Positions 19,690 through 21,265 of a stretch of DNA of 21,265 nt are shown here, piece after piece; position 1 is the first letter of the stretch, and the number at the start of each line of letters is the position of its first letter. This stretch comes from Rhincodon typus (Eukaryota). The stretch covers positions 4,066,974 to 4,088,238 of the forward strand of contig NC_063380.1 of the NCBI RefSeq assembly GCF_021869965.1, written 5' to 3'. Made by a program: the position numbers and the translations under genes. The notes under the pieces were generated by a model that did no database searches, was not told the origin of the DNA, and saw only the letters and a program-made list of their open reading frames with translations.

Positions 19690-20245
19690 GGGATTATCAC
19701 CAGAAAATAAGAGGGACAAGGTAAGTTATGAGCGCAAACTAGCAAGTATACAAAACTGGCTTCTTTATATGAAAACGAGGAGAGGAGCTAAAGAGAAATT
19801 GGATAATGGAAAATAGTAATGGGGAACCAGGAAATGGAAAAGGAACTGAATACATATTTAGCATCAGTCTCCTAGTAATATTCTGAAATGACTAAATAAA
19901 CAAGAAGGAGGGGAAATAAATCCAATTACTATTTCGAGAGAAAAGTGTTGGTAAAACTAATGGGGCTAACGACCGATAAATCTGGATCTGATGAGATACA
20001 TCCTAGAATTTACAGAGGGTGGTTCATGTGTGGAATTAACTTCCAGAGGAAGTGGTGGGTATGGGTTCAGTTACAACGTTTAAAAGACACTTGGATAAGT
20101 ACATGAGTAGGAAAGGTTTGGAGGGACAGGAGCCAGGAGCAGGCGGCTGGGACTAGTTTAGTTCGGGATTATGTTTGGCGTGGACTGGATGGATCGAAGG
20201 GTGTGTTTCTATGCTGTATGACTCTGTGACCAGCTACAGAGATAG
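19690..20245 (+). mobile_element. Degenerate, internally deleted CR1-like LINE: RT N-terminus (...LKTDKSPGPD-like ...ASIQNWL...RINLDLMRYILEF) joined to the 3' end (FKRHLDKYMSRKGLEGQ...CVSMLYDSV)
   Basis: From the plus-strand translation. The terminus is ...gtgtgtttctatgctgtatgactctgtgac. Confidence 0.45.
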
Positions 20246-20249
20246 TGGG

Positions 20250-20723
20250 GACAGAATAATCTCCGTTTCCACCTCTCTGTCTCGCTGCCTGTAACAAAAG
20301 TTGGTCTCATTGTGGTGAGTCTCTGTCTCCCTCTCCAGCTGTTCTCACTGCGGTCTCTCTCGCTCTCTTTCTTGCTCCCTGGCTTGTGCTGTCGCTGTCA
20401 CTTTCGCTGTCTTGCGCTCTCTCGCTCTCGCCCTTGCTCTCTCGCTCTACCATGCTCCCTGGCCCTCGCCCTCTCTCTTACCCTCTCTTGCCCTTGCCCT
20501 CTCACTCTTGCCCTTGCCCCACCTTCTCGCCCTTGCCCCCCTCTACTCTTTCTCACCCTTGCTCTCTCGCTCTCTGTCTGCCCTCTCTCGCTCTCTCTCG
20601 TTCTACCATGCTCCATGGCCCTCACCCTCTCTTACCCTCTCTCGCCCTTGCCCTCACCCCCACTCTCACCCTCTCTCACCCTTGCTCTCTCTCTGCCCTT
20701 TCTCACCCTTACTCTGTCGCGCA

Positions 20724-20761
<38 letters not shown>

Positions 20762-20860
20762 GCCCTACACCGTCCCTCCAGCCAGTCTCGCTGTGGTCAC
20801 TCTCTCTGTCTCTCTTCCTCCCCACCCTGTCCAGTTGGTCTCCTAGTGGACAATCCCTAG
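20250..20860 (+). repeat. About 600-bp polypyrimidine (CT-rich) low-complexity tract with (CT)~16 at 20726-20758 and an internal duplication of about 160 bp (20440-20600 against 20600-20760). It lies immediately upstream of the pagr1 exon
   Basis: Read directly. All long ORFs here (20312-20860, 20386-, 20412-20846) are SLSL/PLPL low-complexity artefacts. Confidence 0.8.
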
Positions 20861-20862
20861 GC

Positions 20863-21146
20863 ATGCAGACAGAGGATGCTGACCCTGCAGTCAGCCTAGC
20901 TGAACTGACTGTGGACACTGAGGATTCATGGTGCGTTGAATGCAGTGACCAGGAGATCCAGGATGCAGAGACGTGGACTCCGAGCCCCCAAGAGATCCTA
21001 CGCCTGTATGGCGCCCTTGCTGAGGAGGGAAGCAGCCTTGAACTGAGCTGCAGACCCCTACCCCGCCGTCCACCAACTCCCGAGGCTGACCCTACAGAGG
21101 AGGAGGCGGAAGAAGAGGAGGAGGCGGAAGAGCAGGCCACTGAGAA
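20863..21146 (+). CDS. PAGR1: First coding exon of a PAGR1 (PAXIP1-associated glutamate-rich protein 1) orthologue: [94 protein letters not shown](K)
   Basis: It matches the recalled human PAGR1 block EDWCVPCSDEEVELP...[43 protein letters not shown] followed by a glutamate-rich tail. The donor is GAGAA|gtaagataat at 21147. An acceptor-like ccctgtccag|TTGG at about 20834 may mark the exon start. The upstream in-frame CT-repeat translation is not credible coding. Confidence 0.55.
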
Positions 21147-21149
21147 GTA

Positions 21150-21265
21150 AGATAATCTCTCTCACTACCTCTCTCTCTGTGTCTCTGTCTCTGTCTCTCT
21201 CATTCTCTCGCTCTGAGCCCCTGCCTCTCTGTCTCCCTCGATCTCTCCCCCTCTCTCTGAGCCCC
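21150..21265 (+). repeat. CT-rich low-complexity tract resuming directly after the pagr1 exon donor
   Basis: ctctctcactacctctctctctgtgtctctgtctctgtctctc... Confidence 0.7.

Larger units (their letters stand above)
13990..19690. repeat. Interrupted minisatellite array with a period of about 15 bp (consensus approximately ATTACTGTCAGGAGT; units ATTACTGCCAGAGTA, ATTTTTATCAGGAGT, ATTACTGTTAGAATT...). Satellite segments lie at about 13990-14092, 14176-14355, 14496-14768, 15716-15893, 17343-17445, 18258-18295 and 19425-19690. The gaps are filled by nested TE insertions
   Basis: Read directly. The same degenerate 15-mer recurs on both sides of every TE fragment in this interval. Confidence 0.7.

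Noticed and set aside
13990-19690. The 15-bp periodic repeat considered as a CRISPR array
   Set aside because: The units are contiguous degenerate copies with no unique spacers between them. The period is far below CRISPR repeat-plus-spacer lengths, and the context is eukaryotic.
20312-20860. Long plus-strand ORFs 20312-20860, 20386-21150 (upstream part) and 20412-20846, and minus-strand ORFs 20398-20625 and 20709-21140
   Set aside because: They are translations of a CT/GA low-complexity tract (SLSLSL, PLPLP, RERERE). Only the 20863-21146 portion has conserved protein-like sequence.

Overview
This window is vertebrate nuclear genomic DNA and is not prokaryotic. The repeat content points to a cartilaginous fish: a tRNA-derived SINE, CR1/L2-type LINEs, and an abundant hairpin repeat that begins AACTGCAGATGCTGGAGA. 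There is no operon structure, no CRISPR array and no defence-island architecture. The 'undescribed system' prompt does not apply here; the signals worth attention are gene-regulatory and repeat-architectural.

Two host genes can be supported by reading splice-bounded exons directly. The first is a partial chromokinesin, kif22 (Kid), on the minus strand. Seven phase-consistent coding exons at 128-281, 4182-4302, 5229-5338, 5781-5990, 6389-6549, 6642-6769 and 8929-9152 encode a continuous kinesin motor domain with the P-loop GKTHTM, SSRSHS and LIDLAGSE motifs. A candidate non-coding exon 1 and a CCAAT x3 plus CHR cell-cycle-type promoter sit in a CpG island at about 12900-13260. The second is the first coding exon of pagr1 on the plus strand at 20863-21146. 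The two genes are arranged head to head about 11.7 kb apart, consistent with human 16p11.2 synteny but with no MAZ or PRRT2-like exons in between.

The roughly 11 kb between them is a transposon graveyard:
- at least three LINE families, several of them internally deleted or with inverted junctions;
- a 4-unit tandem array derived from a LINE tail (12133-12905);
- seven copies of a hairpin-forming short repeat;
- a 15-bp-period minisatellite array of about 5.7 kb (13990-19690) invaded by at least eight nested TE fragments;
- a roughly 600 bp polypyrimidine (CT) tract immediately upstream of the pagr1 exon.

All gene and family identifications rest on my own reading of translated sequence and on recalled protein motifs. 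No database search was run. Coordinates of TE boundaries are approximate (about +/-30 bp).
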